From NCBI RefSeq assembly GCF_003231495.1, contig NZ_PQWO01000001.1:1-32000 (forward strand): DNA of 32,000 nt, read 5' to 3'. The DNA is from Acaryochloris thomasi RCC1774. Its GTDB lineage: Bacteria > Cyanobacteriota > Cyanobacteriia > Thermosynechococcales > Thermosynechococcaceae. This document shows, piece by piece, positions 1 through 8,767 of the stretch. A model generated the notes under the pieces. That model saw only the letters and a list, made by a program, of their open reading frames with translations, made no database searches and was not told the DNA's origin. The translations under genes were made by a program, and so were the position numbers. Position 1 is the stretch's first letter, and every line of letters starts with the position of its first letter.

Positions 1-146
1 TTCTCAGAGGCACAGTTGGGACACGCTGGTAGAGCAGAAGACACGGAAAACGATGGATGACGACGAGTCAACACTCGCATAAGCATAGGAGAACATACAT
101 CCCCTTATCGATAGAATATCCTTACCCGTTTAGGACTACCTTAGAG

Positions 147-545
147 ATGAATATAACAAATACCTCAGAACCAAATGTTGTAATGCGACCTGCGATCGCA
201 ACTGCTCTCTCTCATCTAGAAAATATACGACAGACTACATTTGTACCGATCTTTGCCTCATTCAGCTCAACCGTTGGTTTTGTCTCGTTCTAGCTCAACC
301 ATGACAGGCACGTCGGTGAGATCGGATTAAACACGGTTCACCCCAACTATGCCGAGAAAGGCGTTGGCACAATTCAATTATGTATCAGTTTGGGATGGCC
401 GAAGGCCGGTCGGAGACCATCGCAAAAATTAAAATAGCAGGCATGCAGGTTACAACCGGCGGCGACCCGAGGCATGTACCGGCCCGAGCCCATGAGAAAG
501 CTGGTTTTACAATGCAAACTCCGAGCGTGTGGCTGTCAGAAGCTT
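147..545 (+). pseudogene. GNAT-family N-acetyltransferase remnant (in-frame stop plus frameshift, no stop of its own)
   Basis: One frame reads MNITN...STVGFVSF, then TAG at 291-293, then LNHDRHVGEIGLNTVHPNYAEKGVGTIQL. The motif continues in another frame (track ORF 380..) as IAGMQVTTGGDPRHVPARAHEKAGF. VGEIG..V.P.Y..KGVG plus GGD...PAR...EKAGF is the GNAT acetyl-CoA-binding core. The reading frame then runs antisense into the AraC gene. Confidence 0.45.
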
Positions 546-1381
546 TAGGCAGTGTGGTAACGGGTGTATGCACCAGGTGTAACACCAATCAGACGCTTGA
601 AGTGCCGACCCAAATGACTTTGATCGTAGAAACCCACTGCCGCTGCGGCTTCAGAAATAGACAAGCCCCGAACCAGTAACTTTTTAGCTTGATTAACACG
701 CAACTGCTGTTGATAAGCACTTAACGAAAGTCCTGTTTCCTGGCGAAAGATCCGACTGAGATGGAACCGACTCATTCCACTTAAGGTCGCCAAGTCTGTC
801 AGAGAGGTGTTTTTGCTGTAGTGGGTCTGCAAAAAATCTCGCACTTTAGCCACGGATGGGCGATGGACTGGCGCTTTTACTGCATCAAGACAACCTTCTG
901 CATGGCGAGTGAGCAAAGGCGCTAAAAAATGAATTAGAGCCACATCTTGCTCTAGTCGGGAGGCGTCAGATGCAACGCGACGACAAAAAACAAGGAGCCG
1001 CTGTACCAAATCATGGTCGGATAAAAATAGTGCAGGGACAAAAGGTGTTGTTGGCATCCCTGTCACTTCTAATGCAGCCCTTTCCATGACAGACGGATCG
1101 ATCTGCATCATCCAAAAAGTCGCAGGGGCTGGCAAGCTCGTACGTTGACTAGGGGCGTGGGCCTCACCTGTATGAATGAGGCTCAATGTCCCAGTGGGAA
1201 TAGGGTGAACAGCGCCCCGATAGGTGTACTCGCCTTGGCAGTTAAAGCTCAGCCCAAACTGATACTCAGGATGAGCATGGGGCGGTAGAGGGGCAACGGT
1301 TCCTGCTGAGTAGGCATAATGTTCGAGAACGATGCCAGGGAATTCCCACGCGTTGACTGCGATCTTGGATGTTGAAGACAT
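545..1381 (-). CDS. AraC-family transcriptional regulator (cupin-like N-terminal domain, C-terminal double HTH)
   Basis: 278-aa ORF. The C-terminus LATLSGMSRFHLSRIFRQETGLSLSAYQQQLRVNQAKKLL...AAAVGFYDQSHLGRHFKRLIGVTPGAY is the AraC/XylS HTH signature. Confidence 0.85.
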   Translation of the reverse strand: MSSTSKIAVNAWEFPGIVLEHYAYSAGTVAPLPPHAHPEYQFGLSFNCQGEYTYRGAVHPIPTGTLSLIHTGEAHAPSQRTSLPAPATFWMMQIDPSVMERAALEVTGMPTTPFVPALFLSDHDLVQRLLVFCRRVASDASRLEQDVALIHFLAPLLTRHAEGCLDAVKAPVHRPSVAKVRDFLQTHYSKNTSLTDLATLSGMSRFHLSRIFRQETGLSLSAYQQQLRVNQAKKLLVRGLSISEAAAAVGFYDQSHLGRHFKRLIGVTPGAYTRYHTA

Positions 1382-1633
1382 TGAATTCTACGATTTTGGT
1401 CATACGCCCTTATTGATGTTGCAGGCTGTCTGCAGGACAAGATTACAATGACTCTGCCCTGCAGATCGTAGATATCTAACTATGCGATTTGCAAGGGGGC
1501 TGCTGCGTACGCTTCTAGCCCCTGTAAACCCATCTGATACATCTGAATCATCATTGGACGAACTTCTTCTAGCACGTCAGGTTCAGCATCAAAAGTTGCG
1601 GTCCAGCTCACAATCACCTGTAATGATGAAAAG

Positions 1634-2061
1634 CTACAGCCTGTCTAAGGCCGCAGCGATATCAGCAACCTCAGCCCGCTTTCGATAGTTGTTAGGCAGA
1701 AAGGCCCAGCTAATAACGCCGTCTTGATTCAGGACATAGGTCGCCGGATCGGGGGAGGCATAGCTGTCTCCATTCGCCTCCTCTACGGGGACGTTAACCC
1801 CCTTCAGAGCTTGCTTGTGTTCCTCCGGCAAGGTGAGAACAATCCCCAACTGTCTCGCTAAATAATTCCCTTCGTCAAAGAGAATATCGAACGGGAGATC
1901 CTGCAATGCCTGAGAAACAGTATCCATCGTCTCGATTTTTGTTGCCCCAGTCTCAATCATCTAGACAACTTCTTCAGGAGCGACGGAGTTGAATGCATCG
2001 CGTGTCGTCCACAGGTGTTTGTTGAGACTGTCTTTGGCCGCAAAGCCTACTTGTGGGTCAT
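1634..2061 (-). pseudogene. Peroxiredoxin-like (AhpC/TSA, PRX-like2 type) remnant lacking the catalytic-Cys segment
   Basis: The 108-aa ORF matches only the two ends of the family: MIETGATKIE..VSQALQ, then directly DLPFDILFDEGNYLARQLGIVLTLPEE...ATYVLNQDGVISWAF. The ~85 aa that should carry the WCPYC-type active site are absent. The upstream frame reads ..KDSLNKHLWTTRDAFNSVAPEEVV and ends in TAG immediately before the ATG. The only upstream ATG (2061) is in another frame. Confidence 0.5.
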
Positions 2062-2093
2062 AACAGGTTGTTCCTTCGGATGACTACGTTTCC

Positions 2094-2561
2094 TTAAACT
2101 GCGTTGGCCAGCTGGCCTTGAGTTACAAACGCATCGTTACCCTCAAGTAGTGAGTTGAGCATCCCTCTGAATTTGGGCTTCATCATCGGGAGCATCAGTT
2201 TGCCGAGCAGACCCATTTTGGGTTCAAAGTCCATTGCCATGCTGACTTCTGTTCGGTTAGCAGTCACTCTTCGGAAGCGGAGGGTTGCGATCGCACTTTT
2301 CAGCGGCATGGTTCCCTCATAGATATTGATCTTCATGCTCTTGTGGGGCACATATTCCAGTACCTCTTCACGAATCCAGTTTTTGCCATCACTGATATCG
2401 CACTGGCGTTTCGCCCCTGCCCCGGTGGCTTGAGAGCCATCGATGAGCCGTGAATGTTTCAGGTTGGGGTTGAATTTGTAGATACCGCCAAAGTCATCCC
2501 AGCTTTCCCAAACCTTTTCGATGGGGGAATGAATCGTTCTATACACCGTTACATTTGCCAT
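2094..2561 (-). CDS. SRPBCC (polyketide cyclase/dehydrase-like) family protein
   Basis: MANVTVYRTIHSPIEKVWESWDDFGGIYKFNPNLKHSRLI... is typical of the SRPBCC fold family. I prefer the ATG at 2561 over the track start at 2627, which adds 22 non-homologous residues. Confidence 0.75.
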   Translation of the reverse strand: MANVTVYRTIHSPIEKVWESWDDFGGIYKFNPNLKHSRLIDGSQATGAGAKRQCDISDGKNWIREEVLEYVPHKSMKINIYEGTMPLKSAIATLRFRRVTANRTEVSMAMDFEPKMGLLGKLMLPMMKPKFRGMLNSLLEGNDAFVTQGQLANAV

Positions 2562-2626
2562 GATATTGCTCCAAGTAAAAATCTCCGGGTGATACCGACA
2601 CCTCTTAACTCGATAATATGTAAGCA

Positions 2627-2650
2627 TTTATGGAATAGGAACCCCATAAA
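2627..2650. promoter_or_regulatory. Inverted repeat TTTATGG-N10-CCATAAA in the divergent SRPBCC/LysR intergenic region (candidate LysR operator)
   Basis: Perfect 7-bp arms at 2627-2633 and 2644-2650, 47 bp upstream of the LysR GTG start. LysR regulators usually bind AT-rich dyads in their own divergent promoter. Confidence 0.25.
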
Positions 2651-2696
2651 AAGCGCCTCACTGGTGCAAAAAAACGCCGCTACGGAGTGATGCCTT

Positions 2697-3584
2697 GTGA
2701 ATTGGGATGATTTGAAAATATTTTTAGCCGTCGCTCGAGAAGGCTCCGCAAGGGCTGCAGCTCATAAGCTCGGCGTTCACCATTCCACCGTGACCCGTCG
2801 CATTGAAGCGCTTGAATCAACCCAAAATGTGCGGCTTTTTGATCGCCTACCTAGCGGATATGCACTTGCGATCGCAGGTGAAGAACTCCTGCAGGCCGTC
2901 ACTCGCATCGAAGACGAAATCAACGGCATTGAGCTACATATTCTCGGCCAGGATGCTCACCTAAAGGGGGATATTCGAGTCACTTTACCCGATGCGATGG
3001 CAACTGATCTGCTGATGCCGGATCTAGTCCGCTTCATGGATGCCTACCCTGAAGTCAATCTAGAGATCTTGATTTCCTATGGTCTCTTTAGCCTGACCAA
3101 GCGAGAAGCCGATGTCGCCATTCGGATTACCGAGAACCCACCCGAACATTTAGTGGGTCGCAAAGTCGCCTGCTATCACTGCGCGACCTATGCATCCCAA
3201 GGCTATCTGGAAACCCATAATTTACCTGCTGAGACTACTAACGCACACTGGATTGGCTGGGATTCTCCGACGCCTTATCCTGATTGGGTGCGCAAAAGTG
3301 AATTTCCTGACATCCCGATTCGAGGTCGTGTGAATCATCCTGTGGCGCAATTGGCTGCAGCGAAGGCGGGGTTTGGTGTGGCCCGCATACCTTGCTTTTT
3401 AGGCGATCCAGAACCCGCTTTGCAAAGAGTTCCTCCAGGAGAAAGTGCGCCCTGCCAAGACGTGTGGCTGTTGACGCATAAAGATTTAATATCGACAGTC
3501 CGCATCCAGACCTTTATGAACTTTATGGCAGATGCTTTTCACAAAAAACTGCCTCTGCTAGAGGGACGAGAAGTAAATGAGTGA
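2697..3584 (+). CDS. LysR-family transcriptional regulator
   Basis: GTG start. The N-terminal wHTH is NWDDLKIFLAVAREGSARAAAHKLGVHHSTVTRRIEALE, followed by a LysR substrate-binding domain (READVAIR). It is divergent from the SRPBCC gene. Confidence 0.9.
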   Translation: MNWDDLKIFLAVAREGSARAAAHKLGVHHSTVTRRIEALESTQNVRLFDRLPSGYALAIAGEELLQAVTRIEDEINGIELHILGQDAHLKGDIRVTLPDAMATDLLMPDLVRFMDAYPEVNLEILISYGLFSLTKREADVAIRITENPPEHLVGRKVACYHCATYASQGYLETHNLPAETTNAHWIGWDSPTPYPDWVRKSEFPDIPIRGRVNHPVAQLAAAKAGFGVARIPCFLGDPEPALQRVPPGESAPCQDVWLLTHKDLISTVRIQTFMNFMADAFHKKLPLLEGREVNE

Positions 3585-3785
3585 GAATAATGCCTCTCCT
3601 ACCTTTTGAGAGAGTAAAACCAAAATCGGCCTAAAAAAGAGCAAGATGCTTCTAGAAGCCATGAAAAACATGAGTTCCAAGATCTTGCCCTCAGGGTTTG
3701 ATCTGACACAATTATTCACTAAGGCTGGCTTGAATGCATTTAGAATACTATGCTCAGCCCTGATTCATTAGATGTGCCAATCTGA

Positions 3786-4367
3786 ATGTATGAACTTCTC
3801 GAATCGTTTATTCAAAAAGTTTATCCACAATGCCCTATCAACTTGATGCTCATCGAACCTTTACTCGAATTGAGGCAAGTGGAGAAAGGAGAATTTATAT
3901 TTCGAGAAGGTGATATCTGTGACGCCGTTGGAATAACACACAAGGGCTGTTTAAGAAGTTTCTTTCTCAAAGATGGTAAAGAACTCACCTTGTTTTTTCA
4001 CCCTGAACAATACACGCTAGGAGACTACGAAAGTCTGCGACGACAACGACCTGCCTATTTCTCATGCCAAGCTGTTGAAAATTCAGTGGTGCTTATGATG
4101 AATACTCAAGCCATCGAAGTTTTGGAAGCTTTGCCAAATGGGCAGAAACTACTACGGCTGGTAGTAGAAGACTTAGCATTTCAACTACGCGACCGCTTGC
4201 TCTCTCTCTATCGAGATCCGCCTGAACAGCGTTACCTAAGCTTTATCGAAACTGAACCCAAGCTGTTGCAACGAATTCCACAGCACTATATTGCTTCCTA
4301 TCTCGGTATTGAACCCGAGTCTCTGAGTCGATTGAAGCGAAGAATTCAAAGTAGGCAAATCTCTTAA
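3786..4367 (+). CDS. Crp/Fnr-family transcriptional regulator (cNMP-binding domain plus C-terminal HTH)
   Basis: 193 aa. A beta-roll-like region (FIFREGDICDAVGITHKGCLRSFF) is followed by the HTH QHYIASYLGIEPESLSRLKRR. Confidence 0.8.
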   Translation: MYELLESFIQKVYPQCPINLMLIEPLLELRQVEKGEFIFREGDICDAVGITHKGCLRSFFLKDGKELTLFFHPEQYTLGDYESLRRQRPAYFSCQAVENSVVLMMNTQAIEVLEALPNGQKLLRLVVEDLAFQLRDRLLSLYRDPPEQRYLSFIETEPKLLQRIPQHYIASYLGIEPESLSRLKRRIQSRQIS

Positions 4368-4437
4368 CCGAGATCAATGCACACAATTAAGGAAGACAGT
4401 AAGCTTGCTCAAATTACTGTTTTTACTAAGAATCGCT

Positions 4438-4899
4438 ATGTCACCCGAACAGAACAAAGCAATCGCCCTAAAATTCTATGAGATTTTTGATCAACAAGAT
4501 ACTGAGAAGGGACGAGAACTAATCTCCGCTGATATTATTGCTCAGGGTTTAGATGTTGTCCCAGTAGAAGGCATCGATGCAGTTATGGCGTATGGGGCAA
4601 TGATGTTTTCTGCATTCCCAGATGGACGCCACGTGCTAGGTGAGGTCATTGCCGAAGGTGATAAAGTTTTCACCCGTGGTACTTTCAGTGGTACTCATCA
4701 AGGAGAGCTAATGGGTATGCCTGCATCAGGTAAATCCGTCAACTTTTCTGTTGTTCACATTGACCGTATTGTTGATGGGAAAGTGGTAGAGCATTGGGGA
4801 CAAGGCGATACCCTTACAATGATGAAGCAGCTAGGAATTATCTTTTTCCCAGGCCCAAAGTTGATTCTGCGTATGTTGAGAAGATTCGTACTGGGATAA
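4438..4899 (+). CDS. SnoaL-like / ester cyclase (NTF2-fold) protein
   Basis: MSPEQNKAIALKFYEIFDQQD...FSAFPDGRHVLGEVIAEGDKVFTRGTFSGTHQGELMGMPASGKSVNFSVVHIDRIVDGKVVEHWGQGD..MMKQLG matches the ester-cyclase pattern. The ATG at 4438 is preferred to the TTG at 4405. Confidence 0.7.
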   Translation: MSPEQNKAIALKFYEIFDQQDTEKGRELISADIIAQGLDVVPVEGIDAVMAYGAMMFSAFPDGRHVLGEVIAEGDKVFTRGTFSGTHQGELMGMPASGKSVNFSVVHIDRIVDGKVVEHWGQGDTLTMMKQLGIIFFPGPKLILRMLRRFVLG

Positions 4900-5064
4900 T
4901 CTTCTTGGATCCTTAAATTTCCATGCGGTCACAGTAAGCGGCCAGACCATTAGCAATCGTTCCTCTGGCGAAAGGTCAGCATAGTCGCTTAGTGCTTCCG
5001 CATCGACTAGTGTCGTCTTTCGGACAATTTGGCGATTTGTCTTCGGTAGTGAACTGCCTTTCAT
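4831..5064 (-). CDS. Small hypothetical protein (77 aa)
   Basis: Its ATG overlaps the upstream LysR stop as ATGA (5061-5064), which suggests translational coupling. The segment ALSDYADLSPEERLLMVWPLTVTAWKF looks protein-like. The 3' end overlaps the SnoaL-like gene tail convergently by 69 nt. Confidence 0.35.
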   Translation of the reverse strand: MKGSSLPKTNRQIVRKTTLVDAEALSDYADLSPEERLLMVWPLTVTAWKFKDPRRLSQYESSQHTQNQLWAWEKDNS

Positions 5065-5990
5065 GGATGGATTTTAGCACTGATAACGCTTTCACTCACC
5101 AAGCTGCGGCGACGGAGCGGTTCTAGTCCTTGATAACAGTGGTTGAGAAATGCCTGAACTCTTCCATTGCGCTTCAGGTCACGATGGGTCAGTAGCCAAA
5201 CATCGGTGCCAAACCCTTTCAATACATCGCTCAATCGCACCAAATTATCACTGAGATCGGCATAAATAACTGGAAGGATGCAGGCACCGCCTCCAGCTTC
5301 AGCCATCATGAACAGTGCCGCCGGGGAATCGACACGAAAGCGAACTTGCTCAATCGGCACATGTCTCTCCATCCAAGCGTCGATCATGCGAGCATTGACA
5401 GCCGGATCCCAACCAATCCAGGGCAGCACATCCCAAGGTGTGGATGGCTGATTTGCGATGGCCGACCACTGGCCTTCTGCGATCGCAACATGGGCATAAA
5501 CCGCATACTCAGTGTGTAGCGCGCGCATCCCCACGAGATTCTCATCAGGCTGTGTCGAAACCCGGATCGCAACATCAGCCTCTCGGCGGGTCAGGCTATG
5601 AAAGCGAGTCGTTCCCGAAACCAGCTCCAGCGTGATTTGTGGATATTGGACTGTAAAGCTGTTCAAGAGATCAGCGTGAAACAGCACAAACATATCCAAG
5701 AGCGCCACTCGCAAAACACCAGACAACACACTTTCCTTTCCCTTCGCCCCCCGCTGCAATGCATCTGACTCGACTTCCATCGCTTCCGCCGCTTCGACGA
5801 CCTGTTCGCCATAGGACGTGAGGACTAGGCGTCCACTTACATTCTCGACCACCTTTGAACCTAGATCCTTCTCCAACATACGGATTCTGCGCGACACCGT
5901 ACTGATATCCAGATCGAGCTGCGTCGCAGCTTTCTGCAACGTTCCCTCGCGCTGAAAGGTAAGTAGAACCTGGAGGTCAGACCAATTCAA
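5061..5990 (-). CDS. LysR-family transcriptional regulator
   Basis: wHTH NWSDLQVLLTFQREGTLQKAATQLDLDISTVSRRIRMLE plus a LysR substrate domain (READVAIR). The TTG at 5990 gives M-NWSDL, parallel to the GTG-NWDDL start of the other LysR. The track's ATG at 6065 adds 25 non-homologous residues and is the alternative start. Confidence 0.88.
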   Translation of the reverse strand: MNWSDLQVLLTFQREGTLQKAATQLDLDISTVSRRIRMLEKDLGSKVVENVSGRLVLTSYGEQVVEAAEAMEVESDALQRGAKGKESVLSGVLRVALLDMFVLFHADLLNSFTVQYPQITLELVSGTTRFHSLTRREADVAIRVSTQPDENLVGMRALHTEYAVYAHVAIAEGQWSAIANQPSTPWDVLPWIGWDPAVNARMIDAWMERHVPIEQVRFRVDSPAALFMMAEAGGGACILPVIYADLSDNLVRLSDVLKGFGTDVWLLTHRDLKRNGRVQAFLNHCYQGLEPLRRRSLVSESVISAKIHP

Positions 5991-6127
5991 GAGATATCCT
6001 TTGCTGGAGTTGCACAAACGCAAATAATACTTGTAAAAATCTGTAATGACAATGTATTTTTGCAAGTCTAGAATGCGTAGTCAAGGGAATCGATAGGCCC
6101 AGTCCAACCGTAAAGGAGCTAAGCTAC

Positions 6128-6496
6128 ATGACTGCAATCTCTTCAAATACGGTCGAGAGCGAAAAGACAGAAGATTTAGGAGCGCCTGCCTACTTGATGG
6201 CAACGCTGGAATTGTCCGACATAGATGCTTACATGACGAAATATGGTCAGCCCGTTTTTCCCGCGATTGTCGATGCAGGGGGTGAAGTTCTGGCGGCAAC
6301 ACCAACGGTTGACGTATTGGAAGGAAACTACAGCGCCAACTGGACTGTGATCATCAGGTTTCCGTCAATGGAGGCAATTCAGACCTTTTACCATTCCGAC
6401 GACTATCGGCCCTTCATTCCGATCCGGCAAGCACTTTCTAATCCAGAGTCATCCACACTGCTGGCTCTCCCTGGCTTCAGTGGATTGCCAGGATAG
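6128..6496 (+). CDS. DUF1330 domain protein
   Basis: 122 aa with an AAGGAG Shine-Dalgarno sequence 8 nt upstream. AYLMATLELSD.DAY..Y......AIV.AGGEVLA......VLEG......VIIRFPSMEAIQTFYHSDDY is the DUF1330 pattern. It is divergent from the LysR gene. Confidence 0.8.
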   Translation: MTAISSNTVESEKTEDLGAPAYLMATLELSDIDAYMTKYGQPVFPAIVDAGGEVLAATPTVDVLEGNYSANWTVIIRFPSMEAIQTFYHSDDYRPFIPIRQALSNPESSTLLALPGFSGLPG

Positions 6497-6639
6497 CTGC
6501 GTTATGGGGGCAGCAAATTGTTTGTTGCGATCGCAACTCCTCCCACCTTGGGTACCTCGACCCATTCCACTCTTGTTTGGTGTGGGATTGCGACGGTCCC
6601 CGACCCACCTTCATCATGACTCACCCACAGAGAATGACT

Positions 6640-7644
6640 ATGGCAAACATCATTGAATTTAAACAAACCGGCGGACCTGAGCAGCTTCAGATCATTGAGC
6701 GTCCCATCACACCCCCAGCCCCTGATGAAGTTCAGGTCGCTATCAAAGCCGCCGGACTCAATCGAGCGGAGCTTTTATTTCTAGCGGGCCAATATCTAGT
6801 CCAGCCATCTCTACCTAGTCGGATTGGCTTAGAAGCCTCCGGTGTCATCAAGGCTGTTGGAGAGAACGTGGATCAATTTTCAGTCGGTCAAGCCGCCTCG
6901 ATTACCCCCAACCTTGATCCAACTCAATACGGCGTTTTGGGAGAAGTTGTTAACGTCCCGGTTGCTGCACTACAACTTAAACCTGAGAGCGCTAGCTTCA
7001 TTAATGCCGCCGCGTTTTGGATGGCTTACCCGACCGCTTGGGGTGGCCTCGTCCAGACAGGGGGGCTCACGGCAAACGTTGGACAAAACGTTCTGATCTC
7101 AGCAGCAAGCTCCAGTGTCGGTATCGCAGCAATTCAGATTGCTAAAGCCTACGGAGCGAATGTGATTGCAACAACTCGCACGGCAGCAAAAGTCGATGCA
7201 ATTCGTTCAGTTGGCCCTGATCACATCGTCGTTACCGATGAAGAAGATCTTGTGGAACGTGTACAAGCGATTACAAACAGCGAGGGCTTCGATATTGCCT
7301 TCGATCCCGTGGGTGGTCCCTTTGTCGAAGCACTCGCAACCGCCGCTGGCCGGGAAGCCATCATCGTTGAATACGGTCTTCTTTCTGGCGAACAGGCACC
7401 ATTGCCGTTTTTCACAATGGTTGGGAAGGGTCTCTCAATCAAAGCCTTTCACCTGGTTTTCGATTTGCTACAGCACCCAGACCGACTCAAGATCGCGATC
7501 GAACACCTACTACCTCGACTGGAAGACGGCACCTATGCACCCGTCATCGACCAGATCTACCCACTAGAAAAGTTTCAAGAAGCATACCAGCGCCTAGCCT
7601 CAAACCAGCAGTTCGGCAAAGTGGTTATCGAGGTTACAGCATGA
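6640..7644 (+). CDS. NAD(P)H:quinone oxidoreductase-like medium-chain dehydrogenase/reductase
   Basis: MANIIEFKQTGGPEQLQIIERPITPPAPDEVQVAIKAAGLNRAE... plus the nucleotide-binding stretch VLISAASSSVGIAAIQIAKAYGANVIAT. No structural or catalytic Zn ligand motif was seen. The ATG at 6640 is preferred to the GTG at 6577. Confidence 0.85.
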   Translation: MANIIEFKQTGGPEQLQIIERPITPPAPDEVQVAIKAAGLNRAELLFLAGQYLVQPSLPSRIGLEASGVIKAVGENVDQFSVGQAASITPNLDPTQYGVLGEVVNVPVAALQLKPESASFINAAAFWMAYPTAWGGLVQTGGLTANVGQNVLISAASSSVGIAAIQIAKAYGANVIATTRTAAKVDAIRSVGPDHIVVTDEEDLVERVQAITNSEGFDIAFDPVGGPFVEALATAAGREAIIVEYGLLSGEQAPLPFFTMVGKGLSIKAFHLVFDLLQHPDRLKIAIEHLLPRLEDGTYAPVIDQIYPLEKFQEAYQRLASNQQFGKVVIEVTA

Positions 7645-7731
7645 GCAGTCCACAGAAAACCGCTCACCGCTGCGGCTGATCGTCCATTGTCAGAAGAACA
7701 GCCCTTGACTCACACCAAGGAGGAATAATCT

Positions 7732-8652
7732 ATGCCCCGAGCCAGTATGGCAACTCAAGACTGGACCTTTGGTGGAACCTGGCCGTATAAGCCGCGCTGG
7801 TTCCACAGCACTGACGGTCGAATGCACTACGTCGATGAAGGACCGCGCAAGGGCCGACCGATTGTAATGGTCCACGGGAACCCGACCTGGGGATACCTGT
7901 ACCGTCGCTTCATTGAGGCTGTGACTGAGGCGGGATATCGGGCAATTGTCTTAGATCATCTTGGTTTTGGCCGTTCTCAGAAACCGGACAATCCAAAGCT
8001 GTACAGAATTCCACATCACGGCGATCGGTGTGAGGCCCTGCTTGAGTCGCTTGATTTACAAGATGCCACGATCCTTGTTCAAGATTGGGGTGGACCGATT
8101 GGGTTGACTTGGGCCGCTCGTCATCCCGAAAGAGTCCGCAGTCTTGCCATCTTAAATACCTATGCCCATCGTCCACCTGCTAAAGTTGCTCTTCCGATTC
8201 CCTTGCGACTGTTTCGCACCCCAGTGATCGGTGAACTGATGGTCAAGGGGCTACATGCCTTCGTGAAGATCTTTCTGTTCAAAGCAGGACTGGTTTATCC
8301 TCAACGGCTCAGTGAGCAGGAAAAAGCTGCCTATCTGGCTCCCCATCCAACGTGGTCGTCGCGCACTCCTATTCTCGTTTTTCCGCGAGAAATTCCGGCA
8401 GGACCGGAGGGGCGGGTGAGCGATTTTGTGGCTGTGGTGCATGACCAGCTCGTGGCTGCTTTCTATAACAAGCCCATTTTTATCGCCTGGCCCATGAAAG
8501 ATATTGCCTTCGGACCCGAGATTCTAGAGGATCTATGGCTCCACGACTTCCCGAACGCTGATGTTCTGCGGATAGAGGATTCGGGCCACTACATCCAGGA
8601 GGATGCGCACGAGAAGGTGATTCCGAAACTCCTCGAATTTCTTGCGAAGTAG
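7732..8652 (+). CDS. Haloalkane dehalogenase, HLD-I (DhlA-like) alpha/beta hydrolase
   Basis: AGGAGG Shine-Dalgarno sequence upstream. Motifs seen: HGNPTWGYLYRRFI, the nucleophile elbow VQDWGGPIG, the acid-bearing PMKDIAFGPE and the His-bearing SGHYIQEDAHEKV. These line up with the DhlA motifs HGEPTWSYLYRKMI, VVQDWGG, MKDKLLGP and GHFVQE. Confidence 0.8.
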   Translation: MPRASMATQDWTFGGTWPYKPRWFHSTDGRMHYVDEGPRKGRPIVMVHGNPTWGYLYRRFIEAVTEAGYRAIVLDHLGFGRSQKPDNPKLYRIPHHGDRCEALLESLDLQDATILVQDWGGPIGLTWAARHPERVRSLAILNTYAHRPPAKVALPIPLRLFRTPVIGELMVKGLHAFVKIFLFKAGLVYPQRLSEQEKAAYLAPHPTWSSRTPILVFPREIPAGPEGRVSDFVAVVHDQLVAAFYNKPIFIAWPMKDIAFGPEILEDLWLHDFPNADVLRIEDSGHYIQEDAHEKVIPKLLEFLAK

Positions 8653-8767
8653 TCGGCATGTTGGGAACGACTTCGTGACGTCCATTGTGCAAATCCAAAT
8701 GCTGGTGTAGCCAGGATATTTGAGGCTGCCCATTAGTAAAGCAAAACGTTATCAACAGTGAAATATC

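Noticed and set aside
380-679. 99-aa track ORF treated as an independent gene
   Set aside because: Its N-terminal half is the C-terminal GNAT motif (GGDP...EKAGF) of the decayed acetyltransferase. The rest is antisense read-through of the AraC gene.
1480-1617. 45-codon minus-strand ORF (GTG start) reading IVSWTATFDAEPDVLEEVRPMMIQMYQMGLQGLEAYAAAPLQIA
   Set aside because: It might be the N-terminal fragment of an ABM/ferredoxin-like-fold protein or a small gene. There is no start or Shine-Dalgarno support and no motif I can name, so it is mentioned only as possible additional gene debris.
3641-3690. 12-bp perfect palindrome GCTTCTAGAAGC (3648-3659) nested in a GCAAGAT...ATCTTGC dyad about 130 bp upstream of the Crp/Fnr-family gene
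   Set aside because: It does not resemble CRP (TGTGA-N6-TCACA) or FNR (TTGAT-N4-ATCAA) boxes, and I have no second copy or positional evidence. It is noted only as a possible operator.
6842-7567. Track ORFs at 6842-7096, 7166-7567 (+) and 7221-7442 (-) inside the quinone oxidoreductase gene
   Set aside because: These are out-of-frame or antisense to a well-supported MDR ORF, and no motif was recognised in them.
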